Position numbers and translations under genes: made by a program | Shown here: in pieces, positions 17,781 to 26,016 of the stretch | Position numbering within the stretch: the stretch's first letter is position 1 | Layout of the letters: each line of letters starts with the position of its first letter | Notes under the pieces: model-generated | Databases searched by the model: none | What the model was told of the DNA's origin: nothing | The model's input: only the letters and a program-made list of their open reading frames with translations | Sequence record: MW250785 | Strand: one strand, 5' to 3' | Source of the DNA: Escherichia phage UPEC03 | DNA length: 64,000 nucleotides

Positions 17781-19525
17781 TAATGGCTAGCAATCCATAT
17801 TTTAACGAAGAACAACGTCGCCGGATGCAGAATCCACCAAAACCACAGGCGCAACCGACTGTTCGTAAGATCCAGGCAACGTTAGATAAAGATTCGATGC
17901 GCGAGTTAAAGGATATCAATGATAATACCCTTGAAACCGCGCTGAATACACTGGACATCAAAGACAGTGTGAAATCCTTTGAGGATCGTTTCAAAGAGAA
18001 ATTCGCTGGCTTCCAGGAACAATACGAACAGGATCAGCAACCACTTGCTGAACAGTTGCCCGATTTTGTTGGGCCAGCGCGTCCACCATCATTAACAGAC
18101 AACAGCACAACCAGTGTTGATAACTCCGTCAGTGTATCGAACCAGCATAACCCATTTGCGAAAATCGAAACATACACCGGAACGATTGCAGAAGCAATCA
18201 CCAAGTTTATCGAACTCGCTGAAAAGAAACCAGCCCCCGCGCCGGAACCTGAACCAGTACCGGAAGAGGAACCGGAGGTCGATCGGGACAAGAAGAAGAT
18301 CCGCGATAAGGATAAAGACGAGAAGAAATTCAGCAAGAAAGTATTGTCTTTGCTGGGTGCAATCAAGGATAATACATCCGGTCTTCTGGCTCGCTTTATC
18401 GGTTATTCTCTCGAAGCGCTGGCGAAGTTTGCAAAATGGACTCTGATTATCGGTAGTATCGTATTTGCGATCGACGTACTGAGTAAGGTTGTTCAGAAGT
18501 GGTTCCAGGATATTCTTGCAGAGGGTGAAGCCTCGAAAGATTTGTTTGGTTCATACTTCGGGAATATCAAAACCCTTGCTGAGAAAATCAACGAAGGTCT
18601 GCAAAACTTTGATATGAGTAATTTGGGCGAATCGCTGAAAAACTTGTTCCTTGAACCGTTTAAGGTTCTGGGCGATACCATCAAAACCGCAATCACGGAA
18701 GGTATCGGTAATCTGATTTACGCTCTGGGTGAATATACCGGATCTGAAACAATTACCAACGCCGGACGCGGAATGAAAGTATCAGCACTGCGCGACAAAC
18801 AAAAATACGGTCTTGAAATTGATCCCGATGACCTGATTCTGCTGAAACAGCAGGAGATCCAGGATCAGAATGATAAAGTGGTTGAGGCACGTTCTAAGGT
18901 TGTCGAACAGGTTAAGGCTACCCAGGGCGCATTCTCATATAGTTTCGGACAGCAAACAGACGCACAGAAAGCATTGTCTAAGCAATTGGAACAGATGCGC
19001 GATCGTGTGGCTATTGAAGAAAAGATCACCGAAGAGAAGAAGAAAGAACTGAAAGCATTGCAGGAAAACCCCGCACTGTTACAGGCTGAGGTTGATAAAG
19101 AGAATACCGCTAATCGTAAGCGCGTGGACGAAACCAAACAGATCGAAGCCGCGCAAGCGAAAGCGAAACCTAAAGCGGATAATGAATTCGATCAGGGCGA
19201 TGAAATCCTGAACAAAGACAATCTGACGGGCAACGATAAAAAGGTAATGGAAAAACTCATAGAATCGCTTGAAGAGAAAAACAACTCCAAGAAACTTGAC
19301 GAAGACGATAGCGAACGATTCCGCTCAATGCTTGACCAGTGGCAGAACAAGATCGCCGCAGTACCGGAAAGCAGTGCAAGTATTGACAAGCAACCGGAAG
19401 CAGTGAAAGCCCCTGTTCAGCCTACAACGCCTAACAGCGTTCAGGTCAACAACAAAACAGTAAACAACACGGTTCAGCATTCAGTACAACGAACTGACCG
19501 TAAATCATTGATTGCATTAGCTTAA
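17777..19525 (+). CDS. 29: baseplate hub / tail length determinator (gp29-like)
   Basis: 582 aa, low-complexity and coiled-coil rich; size and neighbours match T4 gp29. Confidence 0.55.
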   Translation: MIMASNPYFNEEQRRRMQNPPKPQAQPTVRKIQATLDKDSMRELKDINDNTLETALNTLDIKDSVKSFEDRFKEKFAGFQEQYEQDQQPLAEQLPDFVGPARPPSLTDNSTTSVDNSVSVSNQHNPFAKIETYTGTIAEAITKFIELAEKKPAPAPEPEPVPEEEPEVDRDKKKIRDKDKDEKKFSKKVLSLLGAIKDNTSGLLARFIGYSLEALAKFAKWTLIIGSIVFAIDVLSKVVQKWFQDILAEGEASKDLFGSYFGNIKTLAEKINEGLQNFDMSNLGESLKNLFLEPFKVLGDTIKTAITEGIGNLIYALGEYTGSETITNAGRGMKVSALRDKQKYGLEIDPDDLILLKQQEIQDQNDKVVEARSKVVEQVKATQGAFSYSFGQQTDAQKALSKQLEQMRDRVAIEEKITEEKKKELKALQENPALLQAEVDKENTANRKRVDETKQIEAAQAKAKPKADNEFDQGDEILNKDNLTGNDKKVMEKLIESLEEKNNSKKLDEDDSERFRSMLDQWQNKIAAVPESSASIDKQPEAVKAPVQPTTPNSVQVNNKTVNNTVQHSVQRTDRKSLIALA

Positions 19526-19536
19526 AGGAAATTTAA

Positions 19537-20622
19537 ATGAAAATTACAGTATTGCAAGACACTGTACAATCATTTGCTGAAATCAAAAATGCTGGCATCC
19601 CCTCTGGGGGTGCTGCAACAACTAAAAACGCGTTGACTCAACCGATCGTAACAGCGGAATTTCCTTCCCAACGTGCAGCAGGTATTGATAACGCTTATAA
19701 TGCATCAAGCCTGTATAATAACGGCTTGCTGTTCACAGCATATGATTTCACGGGTGGACTTGCACCAGGCAGTAAAGACAACTACCGCTCATTACGTCAG
19801 GCAGCACAGAACGCGCAACAGATCCTTAGTGCCAACACTGGGAACGTTCGATACAAACAGGTTTTGAATACCCGTACTATGGGTACACTTAACCCCATTT
19901 GTCAAATACTTTTACCGCGAAGCCTGAACGATAACGAAGTGAACTCACACCGTTATCAGGATGCAACCGATAGTATTGTTGCTAAAGGTTTATCCCGTGC
20001 GGTATCAAACGTTATCTGGGGCGCTGTAGAATCCGTTTCTGGTGGTATTCTGGCAGACCGTAGGGAAGCAATCGACATCGGTACGAAAGCAGCGTTTCAA
20101 GGCTCTGATAAGCGCACAAAGATGTATTACAATACATTCGTTATCGAAAGCCGTTATGACCTGCTGGAACTGATTAAAATCTATTACCTGTTCACGGTGC
20201 TGGGTTATGGTACTACTTCTGGCGGTACTCCAGCAGAATTAGCCGGACTGGTTAAACAAGCGTATAATTCCAGCGCTTCGAAGGTTGCAAACGTTTTTGC
20301 ACCATCAACAAACCAGACGACAGCAAGCGATTTCAACGGCAGCATCGGGGATCAGATTGTTGACTTCGTATCGAACGTTGAAGTTATTAAATCGCCTCCT
20401 GTGTGGTTTATTCGTGACTTCCAGACAGGTGACAGTTTGCGGTTCCCTCATTCCACGTTCGGGCCAGCAGGTATTACCAGCGTTCGTTTCGGGCGTACAA
20501 TGGACAACATTGTAAATACGTTGAGAGAATCACCGAACACCCCGATCGCAGTTGAAATCGAAATTCAGTTTATGGAACTGATCGATATGCGTCAGGATTC
20601 GATTTTTGATACGCAGTATTAA
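19537..20622 (+). CDS. 48: baseplate tail-tube cap (gp48-like)
   Basis: 361 aa; size and position between the 29-like and 54-like genes. Confidence 0.5.
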   Translation: MKITVLQDTVQSFAEIKNAGIPSGGAATTKNALTQPIVTAEFPSQRAAGIDNAYNASSLYNNGLLFTAYDFTGGLAPGSKDNYRSLRQAAQNAQQILSANTGNVRYKQVLNTRTMGTLNPICQILLPRSLNDNEVNSHRYQDATDSIVAKGLSRAVSNVIWGAVESVSGGILADRREAIDIGTKAAFQGSDKRTKMYYNTFVIESRYDLLELIKIYYLFTVLGYGTTSGGTPAELAGLVKQAYNSSASKVANVFAPSTNQTTASDFNGSIGDQIVDFVSNVEVIKSPPVWFIRDFQTGDSLRFPHSTFGPAGITSVRFGRTMDNIVNTLRESPNTPIAVEIEIQFMELIDMRQDSIFDTQY

Positions 20623-20631
20623 GGGGGAACA

Positions 20632-21495
20632 ATGTTCTATAGCGTAGATGAATTTTTGTCAGGAATGGCAAATAGAGACTTTCAGCGAAGCAACCTGTTT
20701 AGTGTTGTATTCGCAACCAGTCCTGCATCACGCATTCTCGACAGCACGATCGGGAGTATCCGCGATACTTTAATAGATGGTACTATGAGTTCCATTAACG
20801 CGAATAACCCGAACGAGTTCATGAACGCTATTACAGGGGGCGTAAGCAAGCTATTCAGCTATACAGTTGATAAAGCTATTATGTCCCTGAACAAAACAGG
20901 TTTCAGTAAAATCATGGGGGCGTTAAGCCCTCGTTTAATTACTTCCCTGTTTGGTGATAGTGTTTACGGACAGATGCTAACAGAATTCCGTGACAAAATG
21001 ATGTATAATATGGGGTTGAGCATCGTTGGTGTTCAGTTGCCTGGCAAAACGCTGGGTTATGAATACGTGTATAATGGCGGTGTACCCCAGATCCGATTCA
21101 CCCGACCGGAGAATGGAGAATTATCACTAACGTTCCGTGTGGATTCAGAAGCGCGTAACCTGAAAGTATTCAACGAATGGTTATCGGCTATTCGCGATGA
21201 TATTACAGGCCAGTTCGCATTCATTGATGAAGTATCAAGCGCGATCCAGGTAAACTTACACAATCGCGATGGTGTCCCGCACAGCACGTATGTATTCCAG
21301 AAGTGTTTGCCTGTTAAAGTCAGCAACCCAGAACTGAGTTATGAAAGCAATAACGAAATCTGGACATTCACTGTTGACTTTGCATATAAAACAGGCTGGC
21401 TTGTCGAAGCAGATAAAGAAGGTTGGGACGGATTCAAACAATCACTTATCGAAGGGGCAGCAATTGCCGTTCGTGGTGTGGTTACAGGACAATAA
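20632..21495 (+). CDS. 54: baseplate tail-tube initiator (gp54-like)
   Basis: 287 aa; N-terminus MFYSVDEFL...DFQRSNLFSVVFAT resembles T4 gp54 as recalled. Confidence 0.55.
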   Translation: MFYSVDEFLSGMANRDFQRSNLFSVVFATSPASRILDSTIGSIRDTLIDGTMSSINANNPNEFMNAITGGVSKLFSYTVDKAIMSLNKTGFSKIMGALSPRLITSLFGDSVYGQMLTEFRDKMMYNMGLSIVGVQLPGKTLGYEYVYNGGVPQIRFTRPENGELSLTFRVDSEARNLKVFNEWLSAIRDDITGQFAFIDEVSSAIQVNLHNRDGVPHSTYVFQKCLPVKVSNPELSYESNNEIWTFTVDFAYKTGWLVEADKEGWDGFKQSLIEGAAIAVRGVVTGQ

Positions 21496-21513
21496 GGGGC
21501 GAAAGCCCCTTTT
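21496..21513 (+). terminator. hairpin plus short T-run after the gp54-like gene
   Basis: ggggc-gaaa-gcccc followed by tttt. Confidence 0.4.
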
Positions 21514-21522
21514 GAGGTTAAA

Positions 21523-22266
21523 ATGATTGACATAATCCGCGTAAAACTCCCAGGTGGAGTGAAGCGATTCCCTATGTTTACCGTGCGCGATCAATTGAGT
21601 TTCTTACTCACAAGCGCGGACATGGAAGGGAAGACGCTCACAGAACAGCAAGAAATGCTGGATGAAATTTTAGATATTCTGTATCCGGGTTATTCCCGCA
21701 CCGAACAGGAAAACATTTTCACTAAGGTGTATTGTGTATCGTTCGGTAAGAACGCAATCAAGATCCGAATCAAAGGCAGCAGCGGACAATCAGAAGCATT
21801 CATGCATGTAACTGATTACGTTTTGCAAAATGAATATGCCCTTGATGATTCGCTTACTCTGGGATTCAAATTCCCGAAACATCGTAACAACAGTGAACAA
21901 TTATTCCTTGAATGTATCCAGTATGTCAAGCAGGACGGCGAAAGATACGAATGGAATGCATTAGACGAGGATACAAAGAACGCGATCCTGGATCTGGTGT
22001 CTATTGAAGATATGGAAAATATCGTTAAACTGTTACGCAAGTCCTGTCATGTTACCGTGCGTGATATTGAGTTCAGCGACTTATTGACACTGTACAAAAT
22101 CCTGTTCAACAAATCAGAACTGAATGAGTTCTTCAAAACCAACTATTTGTTAAATAAGAATACCGTACAGATTGAACCTATAATGAATGGAAGCCCGATG
22201 GAACGTTCAATTTACGTTGCATTGCTGGCAGAAGACTTGAAACGAAAAGAGAATGCAAATGCGTAA
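21523..22266 (+). CDS. putative baseplate hub assembly protein (gp51-like), assigned by size and position
   Basis: 247-aa ORF (T4 gp51 is 249 aa) upstream of the 26-like and 25 genes. Confidence 0.4.
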   Translation: MIDIIRVKLPGGVKRFPMFTVRDQLSFLLTSADMEGKTLTEQQEMLDEILDILYPGYSRTEQENIFTKVYCVSFGKNAIKIRIKGSSGQSEAFMHVTDYVLQNEYALDDSLTLGFKFPKHRNNSEQLFLECIQYVKQDGERYEWNALDEDTKNAILDLVSIEDMENIVKLLRKSCHVTVRDIEFSDLLTLYKILFNKSELNEFFKTNYLLNKNTVQIEPIMNGSPMERSIYVALLAEDLKRKENANA

Positions 22267-22816
22267 ACATACCCCCCGACATATCCCAAAATATAATGTG
22301 ACTTATCGCCCGTTAACCATTGGCGATCTTGATGATACGGATAACTTCATCATTGAAGGTGATGTGTTCAGGCATCAGCGCGATTATGTTTACATTATGG
22401 CTCTGTTCGACAGTATCAACAAAGAGACTGTAGATCTCCAAATCAAATGCCCTGAATGCGGGGAACTGATTAAGTTTGTGCTCAACCGTCATCATATCAT
22501 GGTGGATGAATACGAAGAAAAGCTGTATGGCAATGAGATCAAGATTTCAGTTGAACCACGTCGCACCGGAAAGGAAGAGTTACCCGAACTGATTAAGTTT
22601 GTTGTCATCGACGGTGAACAAATCTTATGGGATGACTGTAAAGAGTCAGAGAAAGAAGCCGTTCTGGATAGTATCGACTATCCGGTCTTTAAATCAATAA
22701 ATAGCGCCCTGGATAAGCCAGCAATCGTTGCAAACATTCCGGTAAGGTGTTCGTGTGGCTACGAGCATATCGTTGCACTGAGAGGCTTAGAGGCGTTTCT
22801 AAAGGTGGTTGGATAA
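22253..22816 (+). CDS. putative baseplate hub subunit (gp26-like), assigned by position
   Basis: 187-aa ORF with Cys pairs (CPECG, CSCG) directly upstream of gp25. Confidence 0.4.
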   Translation: MQMRKHTPRHIPKYNVTYRPLTIGDLDDTDNFIIEGDVFRHQRDYVYIMALFDSINKETVDLQIKCPECGELIKFVLNRHHIMVDEYEEKLYGNEIKISVEPRRTGKEELPELIKFVVIDGEQILWDDCKESEKEAVLDSIDYPVFKSINSALDKPAIVANIPVRCSCGYEHIVALRGLEAFLKVVG

Positions 22817-23210
22817 AATGGGTGTTAACCTTCGCTTACTGTATAGCGATATCGATCCCAACTTAACAAAAGACTGGAACAATGACGTAACCGCCTCGAA
22901 AGGGGCGGCAGCGGTAAAGAATAGTCTGATCGGTATCGTAACAACACAAAAAGGCACACGGCCTTTCGATAGCAACTTTGGTTGTGAGATCGGGGAACAG
23001 ATTTTCGAGAACATGAACCCGCTAACAGCGGAAGCAGTAAGGACTTCGATTGTCTCCGCGATCCGCACATACGAACCCCGTGTTTACAATCTGGATGTTG
23101 AAGTGATTCCGCAGTATGACGAAAACGCAATCACCGTGACGATTTACTACAGCATCATTGATGAACCGGAAGAAGTAGAAAGAATCAAACTCCAGCTATC
23201 ATCCTCATAA
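22809..23210 (+). CDS. 25: baseplate wedge subunit gp25 (GPW/gp25 family)
   Basis: 133 aa; LYSDIDP, SLIGIVTTQKGTRPFDSNFGCEIGEQIFENMNPLTA, EQIKLQL resemble T4 gp25 as recalled. Confidence 0.85.
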   Translation: MDKMGVNLRLLYSDIDPNLTKDWNNDVTASKGAAAVKNSLIGIVTTQKGTRPFDSNFGCEIGEQIFENMNPLTAEAVRTSIVSAIRTYEPRVYNLDVEVIPQYDENAITVTIYYSIIDEPEEVERIKLQLSSS

Positions 23211-23215
23211 CAAAA

Positions 23216-23235
23216 AGCCCCTTTCGGGGCTTTTC
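23216..23235. terminator. bidirectional terminator between convergent gene blocks
   Basis: agcccc-tttc-ggggct hairpin flanked by an A-run upstream and T-run downstream. Confidence 0.65.
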
Positions 23236-23733
23236 TTATTCCATCACGATCCAGCCCATTAGCTGTTGATATCGCAATTCGAACGGGGTGATGAAAGAGC
23301 GGTTATTGATAACCTTCGTCCCGTTGTAGGACTTAATCACTTCTTCACCACGAAGTACATATTCGTATACTTCGTCCATAGTGTCGTAACGCACTTCTTC
23401 GACTTCGAAGCAGAAGTTGGAATATTCAATCATCCCGATCTTGTTCGCGTAACGACGTTCGATACAACCCTGTTTTTCAATCTGAGTAATCGCAGTATCA
23501 ATGAACTGCGCAAGTGCTTGCATGAAATTACCACATTCGACTTCACGGCCCCCGCTTGAGATAGCCAGGTAAACGCGGTTCAATCCATCATTACCGATGT
23601 AGCCGATGCAATCGCCACCGATATTAACAGCCCACACTTTACCCATTGGCCCCATACCCATTCTGTTCTCACTACGAGAAACACCTTTCAGTAACAGTGC
23701 CATGATACCGCCGCGAACGTAATTCATTTTCAT
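23236..23733 (-). CDS. hypothetical protein
   Basis: 165-aa ORF; last gene of the minus-strand block. Confidence 0.55.
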   Translation of the reverse strand: MKMNYVRGGIMALLLKGVSRSENRMGMGPMGKVWAVNIGGDCIGYIGNDGLNRVYLAISSGGREVECGNFMQALAQFIDTAITQIEKQGCIERRYANKIGMIEYSNFCFEVEEVRYDTMDEVYEYVLRGEEVIKSYNGTKVINNRSFITPFELRYQQLMGWIVME

Positions 23734-23743
23734 GATAAGCCCC

Positions 23744-23974
23744 TTATTTTTTCAGGTTGATTAACCAAGATGGTTGGGTTTCTAAACTAACCGCTTTCCA
23801 AGCATATGCAACACTATAACCGGAATACGTCTGACATACAACAGCATTTTCATTTAAATATTTCACTTTGTGATTTGCCTCTTGTTCATCCAGGGCAGCA
23901 CACACGATATTCTTTTCATACACCCCGCCGTTTGGCTGGATAATGGTTTCTTCAATCAGATAAACGCTGTTCAT
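23744..23974 (-). CDS. hypothetical protein
   Basis: 76-aa ORF. Confidence 0.5.
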   Translation of the reverse strand: MNSVYLIEETIIQPNGGVYEKNIVCAALDEQEANHKVKYLNENAVVCQTYSGYSVAYAWKAVSLETQPSWLINLKK

Positions 23975-24186
23975 GCTAATTCCTTCTCGATTGCTTCGAT
24001 GATGTGGAGAACGTAACCGTTCAGTTCTTTTGCTTTATCAGCGGCTTCAACCATACCGTAACGAGGAACTTCTAAAACGTTCGCACCTTCGAGCAGGTTG
24101 CTTTCGATGTCTACGATTACGTAGCTCTCACCGATTACTGCGCCTTTTCTCCAGTCTTTTACGAACTTCATCATTTTAGCTTTCAT
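23971..24186 (-). CDS. hypothetical protein
   Basis: start moved to the internal ATG at 24186 that follows the cassette leader and RBS aaaaggaac. Confidence 0.5.
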   Translation of the reverse strand: MKAKMMKFVKDWRKGAVIGESYVIVDIESNLLEGANVLEVPRYGMVEAADKAKELNGYVLHIIEAIEKELA

Positions 24187-24210
24187 GTTCTCGTTCCTTT
24201 TGGCTGTTCC

Positions 24211-24264
24211 GTTTCGATATGTGTAATATAACAAAGCCCTCACCGAGAGGCAAGGGCTTTTTTG
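24211..24264 (-). promoter_or_regulatory. PeSL-like stem-loop/promoter cassette
   Basis: minus-strand reading: agccc-TTGCCT...-gggct hairpin, TATATT, ACACATATCGAAACGGAA leader. Confidence 0.55.
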
Positions 24265-24266
24265 AT

Positions 24267-24557
24267 TTAATGCATAAAAGATTTGACGTACTTCACGATT
24301 TCTTCACGACACATATCGACCGGAGTATCCTCTGCAATAGCAGCATGACAGAAGATTTCACCATCCAGCCAGAACGATAGCATGTACTGAATATCCCGAC
24401 CTTCGTTTTCTTTCTGGTGTTTCTTGATGCGATCAAATGCATCATCCATACTTTCGGTAGCTGTAAGCATTTCAGATTCACCCGCTACAGCAGCCATTTC
24501 CCCAGCTTCATCACTGAATTCGCTTTCCAGTTCTTCCCAGTATACTATCGTTATCAT
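24267..24557 (-). CDS. hypothetical protein
   Basis: 96-aa acidic ORF. Confidence 0.5.
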   Translation of the reverse strand: MITIVYWEELESEFSDEAGEMAAVAGESEMLTATESMDDAFDRIKKHQKENEGRDIQYMLSFWLDGEIFCHAAIAEDTPVDMCREEIVKYVKSFMH

Positions 24558-24560
24558 GGA

Positions 24561-24701
24561 TTACCCCAAACAGATTTTACATTTACAGAGAGGACATTCC
24601 GCCTCTTTAACGCGCAAGCGCTTTGTTGCTGTTCGCTTCGCTGTGTTGTGATCATACACATGCAAACAGCGATAACAGATCACCAATCGTTTAGCCGTCA
24701 T
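24561..24701 (-). CDS. small zinc-ribbon-like protein (46 aa)
   Basis: hand-found ORF MTAKRLVICYRCLHV...CPLCKCKICLG; start overlaps upstream stop. Confidence 0.35.
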   Translation of the reverse strand: MTAKRLVICYRCLHVYDHNTAKRTATKRLRVKEAECPLCKCKICLG

Positions 24702-25164
24702 AACCACCACCGCAACGAACATCACCTTCAATGAACAGTTCGCGGTTATCTCTCAGGAGATTGTATTTCTTTTCGAGTTCCGGCCCGAATGCGTCCGCGT
24801 CGTCATACCAGTCATAGTTATAACTTCCGGTTTCCTCGTCGTATTCCGGTTCGTCGCCGCACTCATTGAAGTGAACGATTTTAACATCATCCAGATTCAG
24901 TTCTTTCAGCTTGTCCCAGATGCGGGTTATTTCGACGCTATTACATCCGAACGCTTCCAGTGTGATTGTACCGTCATCATGTACTTGAGGAACACCCCAG
25001 CGCGGACGATGATGAATTTCGGTGATCATATCCATCAGCGATTCAACGTTTGACTCACCGTAAATCTTTGCAACTTCCTGTTCTTTACCAGGGCGGACAA
25101 GTCCTATCCCGATAATGAAACTACTGCTTGAGCTATTGCTCACGAACCCAGAACGGATCTTCAT
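24691..25164 (-). CDS. hypothetical protein, paralogue A with conserved N-terminal peptide
   Basis: 157 aa; first 16 residues MKIRSGFVSNSSSSSF identical to ORF 28599..29111 although six codons differ synonymously; acidic YDW motifs. Confidence 0.65.
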   Translation of the reverse strand: MKIRSGFVSNSSSSSFIIGIGLVRPGKEQEVAKIYGESNVESLMDMITEIHHRPRWGVPQVHDDGTITLEAFGCNSVEITRIWDKLKELNLDDVKIVHFNECGDEPEYDEETGSYNYDWYDDADAFGPELEKKYNLLRDNRELFIEGDVRCGGGYDG

Positions 25165-25352
25165 CGCCTTGCCTCGTATTTCGCGTTATCTGCGATTTTC
25201 TCATGATACAGGTTGTATGACAACACCAGCGGGATACAAGCTACTATAAGCCCGATGATAGCCAGTTGATATTCGCGTTTATCGAACGCCATGAATGTAA
25301 TCGTAGCGCCCAGAATAAACACACCTAACGCAATGATGAAGAATAATGTCAT
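25161..25352 (-). CDS. small membrane protein
   Basis: 63 aa with two predicted TM helices; ATGA-coupled. Confidence 0.5.
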   Translation of the reverse strand: MTLFFIIALGVFILGATITFMAFDKREYQLAIIGLIVACIPLVLSYNLYHEKIADNAKYEARR

Positions 25353-25975
25353 TTTGGCAGGGTATCCATTTCACGAGATTTTGCTTTCAGGATGTCAATC
25401 ACAGTAGTCATCGCCTGTTCTACATCACCATCATAGTGAACCAGGAATGTTTTGTGAAGTCCCATGATCAGACGATTGATGATATAAGCCATTTCTGACG
25501 GTAACAGTTTACCATTCTGGCGATCGTACTTTCCAAACAAGCGGTAGAGTTCTGCGCTGTTGCCTGGCTTCTCAATGCTGAAATTATGCATCCCAGACAG
25601 AATACCATCCAGATACAGAACAGTTTTGTTATCACTACGCAGGTGTCCGCCGACCTTGTAGTAGTTGCTGAATACATACGGTTTTTCGCGGATATCTTCG
25701 ATATCGAAATCACCATGATCTTCGATGTTGCCAACATGGGCGAAGAAATGATGATCTTCCAGTTCGAGAAGGATTGCACCCTTTTTGTATGGGAATCCGA
25801 CTAAATCGATCTGCCAGCCATTTTCACCGACAAAGACATCATCGACAACCACGAAATCCGGCAGCATAGGCGCGTATGCGTGGTTCTTTTCGTTGTTTTC
25901 ACGATAGGCTTGTGGTTCGGACAGATACAGGATATCGCCTTTTACAACTTCACCCCAGAATACGTTACGTGACAT
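25349..25975 (-). CDS. hypothetical protein
   Basis: start moved to ATG 25975, which has RBS gagga and follows a hairpin. Confidence 0.5.
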   Translation of the reverse strand: MSRNVFWGEVVKGDILYLSEPQAYRENNEKNHAYAPMLPDFVVVDDVFVGENGWQIDLVGFPYKKGAILLELEDHHFFAHVGNIEDHGDFDIEDIREKPYVFSNYYKVGGHLRSDNKTVLYLDGILSGMHNFSIEKPGNSAELYRLFGKYDRQNGKLLPSEMAYIINRLIMGLHKTFLVHYDGDVEQAMTTVIDILKAKSREMDTLPK

Positions 25976-26016
25976 ATTATTTTCCTCAATATGCCCCCTT
26001 TCGGGGGCGGTCATTG

